A model generated the notes under the pieces. The model searched no databases and had not been told where the DNA came from. It saw only the letters and a list, made by a program, of their open reading frames with translations. A DNA stretch of 64,000 bases. Origin: Styela clava (Eukaryota). The DNA is taken from the NCBI RefSeq assembly GCF_964204865.1, contig NC_135261.1:1550001-1614000 (forward strand). The letters run 5' to 3'. Of this stretch, positions 1 to 13,860 are shown piece after piece. The number at the start of each line of letters is the position of its first letter. Positions within the stretch are counted from its first letter, which is position 1. The position numbers were made by a program, and so were the translations under genes.

Positions 1-560
1 GGGCCTGAAATGTCAATTATTGCGTTCGGGTCGGGCTTATATATCGCTGGATTTTTCATAAGTAAATATATGTTTATTAGAAACTATTTTTCAGAGTGGT
101 TCCGATTTCATAAATATTAAATTTCGAAATTTTAAGTTTCGTAGTTCTTTGGGTGATGATGCTTATTCATTGCTTTTTAACGGCATACCTCGTTTAATTT
201 AATGTGCCGCACAAGTGGAGTGCAGCGGGACATTTGACACGTTTTTGAATGCCTCTTGATGATAATATGTGTGTCGCTAGGGAATTTCTTAGTTTGCCCA
301 GTAAAACCTTTAGCTACCCTCTATCCATTAGCCCCGCATTGTCAAATGAATGTGCAGATTATAGAGCTCACAAAAGAAGAAATATGTCCCAGCATTCCCC
401 TATACTGTACTAAACTCTTGCAATGACAACTCGAAGAACTCCTAAACAAAATATGAAATTTCGGGCCTGTAAATCCAGTTAATTTGTCGGGCTCGGGTCG
501 GGTTTAATGGAGTCGGGTCGGGCTGGAATTTTTTAGCCCGATCTTACCTCTAGATGCGAC

Positions 561-1063
561 TAGGGCTGGGCATTTTCGAATACCTGATGATTCCAAAATT
601 AAATATTTTTTTCGAACCGAATCTCAAATACTTGGGAGATATATAATTGTCTACGTTTTTTTATTGTAATTGGTCCTTTCACTGAAGACGTAAAATACAT
701 CACTCAGACATATTGCTGAGCGTTCACACACAATGAAAAATACTTTAATTAATTGATAACTCACTACAGAAAATAGGGACCTCCTGAAGTATGCGCACCA
801 AGATGACGCACAACCTGAACTCAGGTTGTGTATCAAGTTAGGGTTCAGGTTGTGCGACATCTTGGTGCGCATATTTCAGGAGCATCGAAAATAGTCATAT
901 GTCAGAATCGCACTGAAAAATTATGGCATTAATAAAAAAAAAATGGGTAATTCACCACGACCATTGGCGGAAAAAAAACAAAATGAAGGCGATTCGAAAT
1001 TTTGCTCTGAACTGATTCCAATAATTTACTATCCGAGTATTCGATTCGGAGCGCCCAGCCCTA
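561..1063. mobile_element. Non-autonomous hAT-like MITE (TAGGGCTGGGC...GCCCAGCCCTA) carrying a nested smaller MITE
   Basis: Terminal inverted repeats are visible. Related sequence recurs at ~6680-7030 (inverted) and ~12760-12970. Confidence 0.6.
777..886. mobile_element. Palindromic MITE family A (GG..CC ends, 8-bp TSD, TTAGGG core); Merlin-like by inference
   Basis: TIR GGxxCTCCTGAAGTATGxGCACCAAGATG; TSD GAAAATAG on both sides. Confidence 0.75.
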
Positions 1064-1204
1064 ATAACTTGCAGTAGTTATTAGTAGAGTAGGTAAAAAT
1101 GAATATACAAACAATTGTTCTTATCTGTTAATGATGAGATCACAAAGTGTTTAGTACGTCAATATAAAATGTTACAAAAACTATTATGTATAAATGAATT
1201 TTAG

Positions 1205-1373
1205 GGTTCCATTACATTTGAACCGACGACACTTGCACCTGCATACTATTGTTATTGGAATTTGCACCTATTGATATTTGAACCCATACTAACCCATGGA
1301 TTTTAGCACCCGCATATAGATTGAACGCGCGGATATACGGGTGCAAATGTATGGGTTCAAATGTGCTGTCACC
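1205..1373. mobile_element. MITE family B with 9-bp TSD
   Basis: Inverted ends (GGTTCCATTACATTTGAACC / GGTTCAAATGTGCTGTCACC); TSD GAATTTTAG/GAATTTAAG; second copy at 20909-21111. Confidence 0.7.
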
Positions 1374-1639
1374 GAATTTAAGGTGAGATAGATGTTTTGT
1401 TATATGATAAAAATCAATACAACAAGAGAGCTATGCTCAAATATATGGACACGTTTTATCTTTAACCACTAAAAATTTCGGAGCAATTGGTCCAGTAATC
1501 AAAGAGAAAAGCGACTTTTTAAAAGCGTGTCAAAGAACAACAAAAAGAAGAAGAGTGCCAGCAAAAAATGCAAAACGATCGTTATATCGACTGAAATGTC
1601 TGATTGCGCAATCGCATCCAATTATCTGTAACTTCTTTT

Positions 1640-4600
1640 TTATTTGATACCCATCCCGATAACACTGTTGTAGCCGATCGAAGCAATTTTCTTGCTGGCG
1701 ACTTTACAGGCAAACAACACAGCGCTGTTGAGATCCAATCCTTTTAATCTGGCATGTACAAGAGCAGCTTGGAACGTATCTCCAGCCCCGAGAGTATCTA
1801 CGACTGTTTCTGGTTTTACAGCTGGTACAAGTTGCTCAATATCACCTGGAACATTTCTAGCGTGAGCCGCACCGAGATCGCCCCACGAGCAGACAATTTC
1901 CCCCCTGCAACAACAAAATCGAACTGAATTGAAAAGTTGATGTTGAATGATTTTTTGATAATATTGCTGGCAAATATGGGCGCTCTATAAGTATGTGCAC
2001 CAAGATGGCGCACAACCTGATAATTCTGACCTGGTACACATACTATGTTCAGGTTGTGCGTCAGCTTGGTGCACATTCTTCGGGTGCCCCCAAATATGAT
2101 ACTCTGTGACAGTTCTTCGCGCGATTCGGACTTGCCCATTATCAACCGATGGGCGATTCGCACTTAGGCTAGTGGGGAACAGACGTACGTGCACAAAATA
2201 ACACGCAGTAAACACAATGAATGAATATTATCGCGCAATGAAAACCATAATATGTGAAATTAAGCGAAGAATGCCGCGTATAGCCAGCTAAATTTCAACA
2301 TATGTTTTTTGAAGAGCAATTTGCGGCATTTCGTAGTGAGACACGAATTCGTGATAATTTTCATCATTGCTTCATCAAATTTATAATTTGCGCAGAATAC
2401 CCTAGTAATCAGGAAATGTAGAGTTGACAGGTATCACCATGGACACAAGTTCCAACGCCCGAATTATGAATTCGTTACTTTGTTTCACGACCTGTGTTCT
2501 CTTTAAGAAAATGTACTTTGAGCAAATGTTGTTTTACTGAGTATGAATATAATAACGCTGGGCAGAGTCTACAAACTATGTGAAATATATAACAACAGTA
2601 TAATATATTACCCGAACAAAGTACACGTTTAAATGAAAAATATGGAACATTCTAGCTAGGCGTTAAAAAATATAATGAGCCATACTCTGGAAACTAATGT
2701 TGCAGGCATATTAAACGGGAGCTTACCCTTCTTTCAATTGATGACGTAAATTTGCAACGCATTCCAAAGCAGATTGAAATCCCAAATGACGAGCAAAGTA
2801 ACTGCTAATAATGATCTGTCAGAATAAAATAAATTTTTACTTTTCTTAAATGGACTGAAGAAAATATGAAGATTAATTGAGCCTCAACGATTCGATCTTC
2901 GAATTCTTTAATATTTGTTATTTGAACACCGCACACGAACTACACAAATGCAATGAGATATTACGTTACATATCTCAATTTTCTCAAATAGTACAGGTAA
3001 TAAGAGCACGCAGAGTAGATGCGCACTCCCGTCTAGAACATTACAGACACGGGCAAAGTACGACCCGCGGGCCAAATCCGGCCCATTGGGTAATTCAATC
3101 TGGCCCGCCTGATGCTGCCACATCCAGACTGAACTCGAATTTTGATGCTTCAGCTAAAAAATAGCTCAAGGAATTTGTTGAGATTGCGGCTAAATTTAGT
3201 TTTGGCACGAGGCTTATTGTTTTCCACTGTAACACTGTAAATATTGTTCTTAAAATGTTACTTTTTACGTCACTTACATGGCCCGCCAGTCTAGGTGGGC
3301 AAAAGTTTTGGCCCCGGGTTTAAAAACCTTGCAACCCCCCTGGTACAGACCCATATACTATATTTGTAATGACGTCTCCGTTAATATCCCTATTAAATTA
3401 TCGATGTTCGTCTTTTCTGTAAAAACATTCAAAAGAAATATACTGCACAAATATAGGTTTTAGTATTTACCAAATCCGCTAAAGGAATTAATTTAGTGAG
3501 TGGTGCGTCTTCTGGCATTTCGAGCTCCACAGACACCGATACTCGATTCTCTAACTTTTTAGTTGAATTATGTTGTTGAATTATTTTGATTTGTTTTTCC
3601 ATGACATCGCAGTTTTCTCTATCCTAGAAAAAATGGTGCATGTGAATTTGTAAATAGGAGAACATAATTGGGAAAACATTTATTGACAAATCCTACTATG
3701 TATATATATATATATATAGTAATTGAACGCAGGCCAACACCCACATAAAAGGTACTCCCGAAGTATGTGAACCAAGATGGCGGACACCAGAACGTAGTGG
3801 GTGTACCAGGTCAGGGTTAGGCCTTAATTTTATTCCAATTTTCCTTATTTTAGTTCTATTTCAAGTTAGGAGACTGACCAAGTGGCTCACGTAGTATTTG
3901 TATCTGAAATTATATCCTAACCTTGACCTGGTACACATACCACGTTCTGGTGTCCACCATCTTGATTCACATACTTCGGGGGTACCCAAAAAAAGATGAC
4001 CACAGAAAACCCCCAAACTTGAGACTATTTTGAAAATAAGCCTATATATATATTATATTTAGGTGTGACCTAAAATACATTATATATAATATTTTTTATC
4101 GTATTTTTAACCATGTTCAATGCATACATCTGTCTTAGTGCGTTGTGGTTATATAATACCAATTCAAAAACAATATTGCCTGGGTAAATGGAGCTCCCGA
4201 AGTATGCACACCACGATGGCACACAACCTGAACATAATATGTGTACCAGGTTAGGGTTCAGGTTGTGCGCCATCTGGGTGCACATACTTCGGGAGCGCCG
4301 GGTAAATTATGTAAACACATAGTTTACTTTACATTGAAGTATAAAATCCTATACCTATTATATTCACCTCAAAATGTATCCAACAATATTTGTTCAAATC
4401 AAGAACAGCAAAATCTTCGATAGTTAATTCATCCAGCGGTCTGAAAGCAAGAAACGTTACAGAAATACATTTGTGTTAGTGTGCAGCAAGACTCTTGAAT
4501 AACTTAGGATAGTTATCTCTACTCTTACTACGGCATAATTGCATTGTATGCATACGGATCCGCCAACATAAAAGCATAGAAGATGGATAAGTAGTTAGTC

Positions 4601-7176
4601 TCGCAGAAACCAAATCATTAGCAATAATTGGACAACAGCCATCAGGGCAATTACCAATACCTTGTTTTCCGATATAACGAAAAAATGGAAGGATCTATTC
4701 TATATGACAATATAGAGCACTCCTGAAGTATGTGAACCAAGATGGGGGACACCGGAACATAGTATGTGCACCAGATTAGGGTTAGGTAGGATTACCATAT
4801 TTTTGTGACTTCAAATCGGGACGCCTCGAAAGACAACGACCCCTTAGCTGTGATTTTGTAACTTCACATTTTCCGATTTTACTACATAGGCCTACATTTA
4901 AAGCTGTCTCGGCTGTCTTTATTGACCATATTGTTATCAAAATTTCATGCGCATATTCTCTGTCCAAATATTGGGTTCAGTTCGAAAAATAGGAAGGAAT
5001 TGACGTTAACGATACCGGTACAAATAATTCGAATTTAGACGAATTAGTATTGGTTTTACATGCGATACGTCTGCCATCAATGGGAATCAGCGGGAAACGA
5101 ACGCATTCACCTTCAGTAAGTAGGTTAGCGCTGCGCTACACATAAACAACAGTAACGAGAACATGTTTGTGTATTATGCTGGAAAAGCGGGACTTTTAGC
5201 TGACTTATCGGGACGGCGGGACAAAACGCTGAAAAGCGGGACGTATGGTAAGGTAAGCCTAGGGTTAGGTCATAATTCCAGGTACAATTTTCCTTATTTT
5301 AGTTCTATTACGAGTTCGAGGGCTAGCTAAGTGACTCCCGTAGTATTTGTATCTGGAATTGTGGCCTGACCCTAACCTGGTACACATACTACGTTCCGGT
5401 GTCCGCCATCCTGGTTCAGATACTTCCGGGGTACCCAATATTGGAGCCTTATCATGATTATGCAAAACTACAGACTCAAACATATCTCTTACCCCCTGTA
5501 ATGGGCCATAGTGCGAGTTCCGGTTGCTTTACTCAATATAATTGATGTTGAAGGGAAGCTTTGACAATCCCGGAGAGCAAGATGTTCATAACTGACACCG
5601 GCTTGGTCGAGTTCTGACAAGCAGTATCTGTATATTTTTACAATGATATTTGTTTATAATGGCTCCAGCGCTGGGGAAAATGGTAATATTCTGATTTTTC
5701 TGAATCGAACAATTTTTAGTATCCTTATATATTGATTTTACAAAGTCTCAAAAATTATTCATCATGTCAAATTGATCTAAAATTGTTTGAGTACAAAACA
5801 AGAGAGCTATGCTCAAATATATGGACACGTAGTGGCAAATCTCGACGACGTCATAGCACACACAAAAAAACGAATCCCATACAGCTCAGCGGAATATTTG
5901 AAATAAATAAAAGTAATAGCCTTCTAGCGAAAAATTCAATTTTGAAGCACTGAAAATTTCAAAGCAATTGGTCCAGTAACCAAAGAAAAAAGCGTTTTTT
6001 TTTCTGTGACAAAGAACAACAACATAATATTAAAACGATCCATAAGTCCACTTACGTGTCTAATAAATGCGATTAGTTGTAATGGTGCGTACCTGGCTTC
6101 CTGGCTTCCCATAATAGATTGTTTCATCTTACTAATATCAGGATAAGTTCCCATGAATTCAGCTTTGTTACCGAGATGAGAGATGACTTCAGCAAAATTT
6201 CCGGCATTTCCACCTCTTTGCCAATATCGGGCTTGAGCACTGATTATCAATAATAACAGTAAAAAAGGTGAATCTCCGGAAGTATGTGCACCAGATGGCG
6301 CACAACCTGAACCCTAACCGGGTACCTATACTATGTTCAGGCTGTGCGCCATCTTGGTGCATATATTTCGGGAGTTCCAAAAAGGCAATATAAGGAGTTT
6401 TCAAATGTTCGTTCATTAATCATAACGACGACAAACTACGAGCAACCGACAGCATTATGTGATCATTTTCAGGCGCATCATTCATGAAAAGTTCTCGTTA
6501 TTATAATGAATGAGCTGGATTTTATGATACTAAGCTTGACAGTATTACGATAAGGTTTGACACGAGGCTTATTGTTTTCCACTTTTGCTTTTGCAACACT
6601 TTGAATAGTGTGCATAAAATGTAACTTTTTACGTCACACTTACATGGCCCGCAAGTTCAAGTAGGCAAATTTTTTGGAATATTCGAATCGAATAGTAAAT
6701 TGTTGAATCGGTTCAGAGCATAATTTCGAATCGCCTCCATCTTGTTATTTTTTTTTTCCGCCTATGGTCGAGGAAAATTACCCAATTTTTTTTAACAGAG
6801 CCATATTTTAGGAATACCATTCTGACATATGACTATTTTCTGTAGTGAGTTATTGATAAATAAGTGTTTTTTATTGTGTGTGAACGCTCCGCAATCTGTC
6901 TTAGTGATGTATTCAGTAATGAATTTGTTGACAGGACCAATTACAATAAAAAATTAGCATATAATTACATATCTCCATTGACTCACAAGTATTCGAGATT
7001 CGATTCTGAAATCATCAGGTATTCAAAAATGACAAGATCTATACTAAGTAACAAAATAATAGTAGGTCTTACCCATTTTGAGAATCTTCTTCTGGATATG
7101 ACTCGCATATTGTTATTAAGTCAACACATATTTGTCCAACACTGAGGACATATTTTGAAGATTTTACGGAAGTCAT
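1640..7176 (-). CDS. KHK: Ketohexokinase (fructokinase, PfkB family), 7 coding exons, ~321 aa
   Basis: Manually assembled GT-AG exons with consistent phases: 7176-7073, 6239-6093, 5627-5493, 4440-4368, 3623-3471, 2815-2727, 1904-1640 (966 nt). Translation shows KHK hallmarks: VLSVGQICVDL..YPEEDS, WQRGGNAGN, GTRT, WIHFE, VSVELE, VCSWGDLGA and the PfkB signature VVDTLGAGDTF. Confidence 0.93.
1979..2090. mobile_element. MITE family A copy
   Basis: Same TIR; TSD CAAATATG. Confidence 0.75.
3751..3986. mobile_element. MITE family A, long subfamily
   Basis: GGTACTCCCGAAGTATGTGAACCAAGATGGCGG ... CATCTTGATTCACATACTTCGGGGGTACC inverted ends. Confidence 0.7.
4190..4299. mobile_element. MITE family A copy
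   Basis: Same TIR; perfect TSD GGGTAAAT. Confidence 0.75.
4716..5435. mobile_element. MITE family A (long) interrupted by a hAT-like MITE at 4787-5261
   Basis: Outer TSD CAATATAG/CAATATTG. The inner element has TAGG..CCTA ends and the 8-bp TSD GGGTTAGG. Confidence 0.7.
5797..6065 (-). mobile_element. DINE-1/Helentron-like non-autonomous element (family H1)
   Basis: End AACAAGAGAGCTATGCTC-AAATATATGGACACG (hairpin plus subterminal IR) and far-end CGTGTC; no TSD. Copies at ~1421-1622 and 41002-41314. Confidence 0.6.
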
Positions 7177-7213
7177 TCTTGATATTAAGTCCTGAAAAGT
7201 AGAAAATCGTTTC

Positions 7214-7416
7214 GTACTCCCGTATTTTGTGAACCAAGATGGCGGATACCGGAACGTAGTATGTGTACCAGGTTAGGGTTAGGCCATAATTTCAGGTACA
7301 AATACTACAGGAGTCACTTGGCTATGTCTCCGAACTCGTGATAAATTATTGCCTAACCCTGTTGCACATACTACGTTCCGGTTTCGGCCATCTTGGTTCA
7401 CATACTACGGGAGCAC
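7214..7416. mobile_element. MITE family A (long) just upstream of the KHK start exon
   Basis: Same TIR, with GTTAGGGTTAGG core. Confidence 0.65.
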
Positions 7417-9539
7417 ACGACGTTTTCGGTGCGAACTCGTTTTTCTCTGTACTGCGACAATACAACGCTACATTTCTCAAGTACTGTCGTCTGAATTGAT
7501 ATCCTATGTAGATACGACACTTTACAAATTCACGATGAATGACATGAGTCGATCAATCGAAGTTCACTCCGTGATATAAAAATTGACAGCAACAGACATG
7601 TGCAGGCGGAAATGCAAAAGCCACCGGACATCATTGATTACTCTGCGTGGGTTTGCAGGTTCGAATCCCATGCAGGGATGGTTATGTGCGAGAGGATTGC
7701 TTGACTCCTCGCCACTGTAGGGTGCCACCATCAAGTCCATGCTTACGAAAACAAAAAACTAACTAATAATAATAATCGGCTTTCCTCTCCCCCGGGAAAA
7801 ATATGTAAATCCTATCCTATCAAGTTATTGAAAATATTATATTTTTTGACTTCAGTAAATTTAGTTAAAGCAATACTTTGCGATAGTTCTATTTTAATTC
7901 AAGTATTACATATCAAAACCTGATTTTCTGGTAAAACTCGTTTGATATTAAATATACATTCATTATATTGTACGTCCTTTTGATTTTAGAATGTATTGCC
8001 AAAGTATCGATCATCTTCTTGGCTATACTTGTGTTTCATGTATTCAAGAAAGGGGAAAATGTCATCACCCTCACGTACGTTCCTTTGAATGCTTACATGC
8101 TCTCGCTCGAAACAGAAGCTTCTGCTTCGTTGTTGAGCAACTTTGTGTCTGTCATTCCACGTCAAAACTCACAAACCGTGTTTAATCTTCGCGCTGTCAA
8201 TCGAATTGTGACATAATCAATATCTGTTTATTTGGTAGAGTATAACAGAAATCGTAGCATAATAAGTAGGGTTAGAGTGCTTCTTGAATCATATTTGCGT
8301 GGTCAAGTTAACTTCAACAGTAATATTACATCTGTGAGGTGTGAAAGATTATAAACGTGCGCACGAGGTGGTAGATATCTAACGACGTCATATGTTAAGT
8401 CTTTGTGCATAATGTTTTGATTGACACTACGGAAATTGATTTTTTAATTGATAAAAAGGCTTTGACATACCTTGAATGATCATTTAAATGAAATTTTTCG
8501 TGACTCATTGTTGTGTCAGCTGCAATTTTAAAATTTGTCAATCAATCAATTTTATTTTGGTCACTCTGAAAGAAACAGAACAACAACAAGATAGCAATCA
8601 GAGACCGCCGACTTATCGATCTAGCGGCGTGTATCCTTCGCTCTGACTCAATAGCGACACCGCGTGTCCCATAACTAATTAATTGATAACTCGCTAATTA
8701 TAGGACATTATTCATCCAAAATCAATAGGCTTCTGGTCTGAGATATGATGAATGTACATACAAGCTTTGGAGCAACCTTGCTTTCGTGGAATAGCGCGTA
8801 ACATACGAAAGTATCTATCAGACAGACAAATACCTATCATTTTTTGGGGGATTTTTTTGCCTATTCAAGTCAATTGGAGCGTAATGCAACGGTTCTTTTT
8901 TACTTTAGCTTACGACATCAAACTCGCTATGAACTCGCTTCACGATGAGCGGCTAACCAAGATTAATTTTCCCATTTTTTGTCTCTTTATAATAGGAATT
9001 TATGCACACTGTATATTTTCCACAGTTGAGTATGTTGTCTGTTAATTAAGGTACTGTGGGTAGCGGTGCCCCGAGCCCCGAGAGACGTGGATCTCCCCAG
9101 ATTCTGTAGTGATTTATTACGCACGTAATCAAAAAAAAGCATTAGCTATTATTCTTCAATAAAACAACGACTAATTTGACAATGAGTTTTGTCATGACGA
9201 TTCTTATTATATGGAAATTCAAAATGTGTTCAATATATCTTTCCTCGAGAATATTGTCAATACCGCGTGCAAACTCTACCCTGAAGTTTGACCTCCGGAT
9301 TTCAAATATATGACTCCTTGTAGCGTCATCGTTTCTATTAGCAAGACTGTCTGGATCAAAGTGACTATGATCTGGATTGGGTAGTTCAGAACTGATAGCT
9401 GTAGGCCTACATCTATCTCGTTGTTAGTAAGGATTAAGTGTCTATTTTATTCCGGGTAGAGGAAATACGGCTTATCATATAGAAAACCACGGTCTCTCGT
9501 CCGGTCCAAAGTTTATCTTTACTGTTCACTCCCATTTAT

Positions 9540-9925
9540 AAAATTGACCAATTTGGCAGTGCAATCATCATAAATTTATTAATATGGTGTGGCAAGTAGT
9601 TTTTATTTATTTATTTTTTATTAACTACCAGTATGTAATTTTTCATGTTTCCTTTACTTAATAACTTCTATATGGTTGTGTGTGTGGGTGCGTGTAAGCT
9701 TGTGTGAAATATTTCAATTATTTTATGTGAGTGAACACGTACCACATCTTCTTGGCAAAACCTTCCATCTTATATGCATTCTGTACGTTTTAAACCTTAT
9801 CTAAGGTTTTGTTCGCTCTCCTGATTTCATAAGCAGTTTTTATTTATTTATTTTTACAATTCATTTTATTGTTTTGCTGATTATGGAGTCGAAATAAACT
9901 TATACTTAATATACTTATACTTATT
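9540..9925 (+). mobile_element. Probable 3' end of a LINE (CR1/L2-type tail)
   Basis: AATAAA followed by a short tandem tail (CTTATA)n; a related inverted copy lies at ~54985-55370. Confidence 0.4.
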
Positions 9926-10842
9926 TGGGGCAATCTCCCACCTAAAACTAAAAAAAGTTATTTGTGCATGTTTTCAGTAAGACACTGACCTGCTGACTGA
10001 CTGAAAAAGTATTTCCTAGTGAAATATTCTAATTAGTCCTAATACCTTAAATTATTTTCTCGAAATATAGACTATCTCGTGTTTGATTTGCTTATTGAAG
10101 GTCATGGCCATTTTTTCTAACTTTTGTGTGTGCATAATTGAAAGTTGCTGTTTTTTTTATCTTTTTTTTTACACAAATAATTGCTCTGTCATCAATCTGA
10201 TGATTATTATGTTCAACTCTAAAAGGCATTGTTAATGATATTTCCAACTTTTTAATTATTGCTGAATCTGTGATAATACTGTAATATGATTGCTTCAATA
10301 TTATCTTTATTTCTCCATGTATTTGAGTCCGGTACATGTCCAGTGAATATTTAATTATAAGAAAATATAATAAATAGCTAATTGTAAAAACCAATCTTGA
10401 TATTTGTTTTGTTTCTCTGGGCCTGTCCGCACCTAAAAACTATTGTACATATTGTCGTTGTGCCTTACCTTTTTGTCTTGTGTATTTTACTAGAGTTTTA
10501 TTTGTATTGTCAATTTCATGTCTGTTGTCCTGGTATATCGCATCAGTCCTAAAGTGCTGTTATAATTGTTAGGGGTACATGTCGCACATCTGTGTCTTAG
10601 GCCAGTAAGGTCTTGAACATGTATCCCGTCTCTGTTATACTGTTCAATTATTATGCAGATACTGTTACATTTTGAGGCAAATAAACATACATACTTTGTG
10701 TGACCCAGGATAAATATGTGAATCCTATCTTAGTTTATATTGCGGAAGTCAACAAACTAGACATAAATTCCAAATCTTTAATCTAATCTAGAGCTGTCAC
10801 TAAAATAAAATAAATAATAGCTAAATATTAAGTTATTTCAAG

Positions 10843-11622
10843 ATGGCTCCTGCAGTGAGAAGCCGAGCAGAGATTCGTCTTATACGACTGCTTTCCAGAT
10901 GTGAAGAGATGGCTGGGTTAAACACACCTGATGACTGGAGACTTGAAAAGTATGTTGGAGCATTAGAGGAACGTCTACAAGCGGTCCAAAAGCTTGATTC
11001 CTCGGAAAAACCAAAGGAAGATATCATCAGTGAATACGCAAAGAAAATTAAATTTTTAAAACAACTTTTAGAGACTCAAAAATTACCTGTCACATCAGAA
11101 AAATCTCTCGCTAACCAACTACTCGTGCCAGCAAAGTCTCGGACGATTCCAACTAATAAAGAATCTCCGACGGGAAAGCAGATTCAAATGCAGGCATCGT
11201 CGAGATACACTACGGAAATGCGCGACGAACTCATGCTCACAGAGAAGGAGAAATCAGCCGGAGTGCGCTATAGAGCAACGTCTTCTGGTGGAAGTACGCA
11301 AAATGCAGACACTGAAGCTATACTGCAACATCAACATAAAATGCACGAAAAAATTGCTGACGAAATGGTTGCGTTAACAAGGAATTTGAAACACAACATT
11401 ATGGCTTCTAACAGAGTTATAAAAGATGATTTGAATGTGATCGAAAAATCTTCTAAAAAAGCTGATCAGAATTACGGCCAACTTCAAACCGAGTCGTCAC
11501 GACTTGAGAGTCATTTAAAGAAAGGGACGAACTGGTTGTTGTGGATATCTCTTGCTCTTGTCTGCGCTGTGTTTATGTTCATGATTTTTTTCATCAGGTT
11601 TTTTCCCAAAAGGTACTCTTGA
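10843..11622 (+). CDS. USE1: Vesicle transport protein USE1 (ER Qc-SNARE), single coding exon, 259 aa
   Basis: N-terminal SRAEIRLIRLLSRCE..WRLEKYVGALE, SNARE coiled coil (EKIADEMVALTRNLK) and C-terminal TM anchor. Confidence 0.92.
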   Translation: MAPAVRSRAEIRLIRLLSRCEEMAGLNTPDDWRLEKYVGALEERLQAVQKLDSSEKPKEDIISEYAKKIKFLKQLLETQKLPVTSEKSLANQLLVPAKSRTIPTNKESPTGKQIQMQASSRYTTEMRDELMLTEKEKSAGVRYRATSSGGSTQNADTEAILQHQHKMHEKIADEMVALTRNLKHNIMASNRVIKDDLNVIEKSSKKADQNYGQLQTESSRLESHLKKGTNWLLWISLALVCAVFMFMIFFIRFFPKRYS

Positions 11623-11974
11623 TTGTTCATCATTATTATTCTTGTAAGTGCCAATAATGCTATCTCAGGGGTGTGAAACATTTAAAACAGGAGGGCCAGA
11701 TGGATATAACTGGGTGAAATCGCGGGCCACACTTAGCTTTTAAGGCATTATGAAGTCATAAGCCTAGATAGTAAATTGGATGTACCAAATCAAATTTAAA
11801 ACTTGTTTCTCAGGCCGCACCTCATTCAAAATTGTCACTTCTTCGTGGGCCACACAATTATTTATAGAGGGACGAATTTGGCCCCAGGTTGCACACCCCT
11901 GTACTGCGCCATCGTAGTAAGAATGTAAGGAGCATACGATACAAGTTTTCTCAATATTTAATGTGCCTATAAAC

Positions 11975-12337
11975 AGGGATGCCCAGTTCCGAATACTGCA
12001 CTCTTCCGAATACATTCTAAAATAATATTTTCGAATCTGGAATTTTCAATACATTCTAAAATCAGACATACAAATTTTTGTTTTAGTAAATTACGGTAAT
12101 ATCCAGTAAAATAGGAAATAGCTCCAATAGAAATATTAGAATGAGGCCACAAACCAACAGTATATGTACACAAATTATTTGATAGTTTATGCCAAGTTTC
12201 TATTGAGAAAGTTAACATTCAATGAAGACGCTTCGAGAGCGATGTCGCAGATGTGTGACGTTACACAAAAATTCGATATTCCTATAAACGTTGATTCCGA
12301 TATTCGAATGACGAGATATTCAAACTGGCCATCCCTG
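11975..12337. mobile_element. hAT-like MITE (CAGGGATGCCCAGTT...AACTGGCCATCCCTG)
   Basis: Terminal inverted repeats; flanks CCTATAAA/CCTATTAA resemble an 8-bp TSD. Confidence 0.6.
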
Positions 12338-13629
12338 CCTATTAATCTACTAAACAAGATAATCAAATGCGAGAGGATTGCTTGGCTCCTCACAGGCGTT
12401 GGATGGTTCATGTAACCCGGCCAGTTGTTGATAACTGATAACTGATTAGGCTATCTAATTCCATCATGGATTGGTAACCGAACGAGTGGACATGGTTTGC
12501 CATATGATTGATTTGTCTTATCTGCTCTTCCGGGATAAATATATTGAAATCTTACTCTAAACCAGGGATGTGCAACCTGCGACTACGAGGAAAAATTGTG
12601 TGACCCGTGGAGAAATGCCTATTTTGAAATGGTGTGCGGCACGAGAAACGAGTTTCAAAATTCTCAAGTTTAATCTAGTACATGCGAGTAATTCCTGTGC
12701 GTTGCAAAGCCTATACCTGAGCTCTTGCGAAGCGAGCACTGCATGTCATCAGATCAATACTGGGGCTAGGCATTTTCGAATACCTGATATTTCAGAATCG
12801 AATAATTTTTTCGAATCGAATCTCGAATACTTGGAAGATATATAATCGCATGTAACTTTCTTATTGTATTGAACACACAAATTACTGGAAAAGTAAAATA
12901 CATAACTCAGACAGATTGCTGAAGCGCTCACACACAATAAAAAACACATTTTCATCAATAACTCACTAATTTTTGTGCCTGCATCTACTAGAAAGCCTAT
13001 GGTAAATAAATTTGCTGCCCGCGGTTTTACCCAATTATGTGTATCTGGCGCTCCTGTATTATTAAAGGTTGCACACCCCTGACCTGAACAGATGAAAAGA
13101 TGCTTTACTGCCTGCCTGTTACCAGTTGTGCATTTAAATATTGAGAATCTACTTGGTACCACTTTTATAATGTTCTATTTTATTGCTATTTCTTGGTGCA
13201 ATTAGTTAAAGTCTTGATGTTTGAATTGTATATTTTTGACATGTTTTGGTGAAGGATATTCTGCATTATTCATATCTTTAATCAAGGATTCAAGAACTTG
13301 GATCCAATCTGTGGATATCATTTACCTCAATTCTAAATCCCTTAATAATCAATAATTTATCTCCGTATTGATATATTGTGATCAATATTGGATTTGTTGG
13401 ATTAAGTTTCACCTGAGTTGTGAGGTAGGCTGATTCTCACCTCTCTTTGTTGTATATTTGGAAAGCAACTCATGGATTATGTTTTCATGGTCATAAGCAG
13501 TGATAAGGAGGCTCCAGTCCAGGGGTTCCCAACTGTCCATGGCGTGGCCCCTTTCCCGAGGTTTTTTAGAGTTTTTTGTAAAAGGAAAAATAAAATCAGT
13601 TTTGCGCCTAGCATTGTGGCTCCCTTGTG

Positions 13630-13860
13630 GGCGCTCCAGTAGTATGTGAACCAAGATGGCGAACACCGGAACGTAGCATGTGTACCAGGTTAGGGTTAGG
13701 ACATAATTTTATTCCAATTTTTCTTTTTTAGTCCTATTAGGAGTTCGGTGACTAGCCAAGTGACTCCTGTAGTATTTGTACCTGAAATTATGGCCTAACC
13801 TGGTACACCTACTATGTTACGGTGTCTGCCATCTTGGTTCACATACTACATGAGTGGCCC
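13630..13860. mobile_element. MITE family A (long)
   Basis: Same TIR and TTAGGG core as 3751-3986. Confidence 0.65.

Noticed and set aside
4776-4790. Interstitial telomere or chromosome-fusion scar
   Set aside because: Only about 2 TTAGGG units, always inside MITEs.
651-6416. Recurrent short ORFs with HNLNPNLVH / VRHLGAHT peptides
   Set aside because: These are translations of MITE family A palindromes, not a protein family.
7968-8216. Overlapping short ORFs between KHK and USE1
   Set aside because: No recognisable motifs. A minus-strand ATG..GTAAG block would splice out of frame to KHK, so it is at most a UTR exon.
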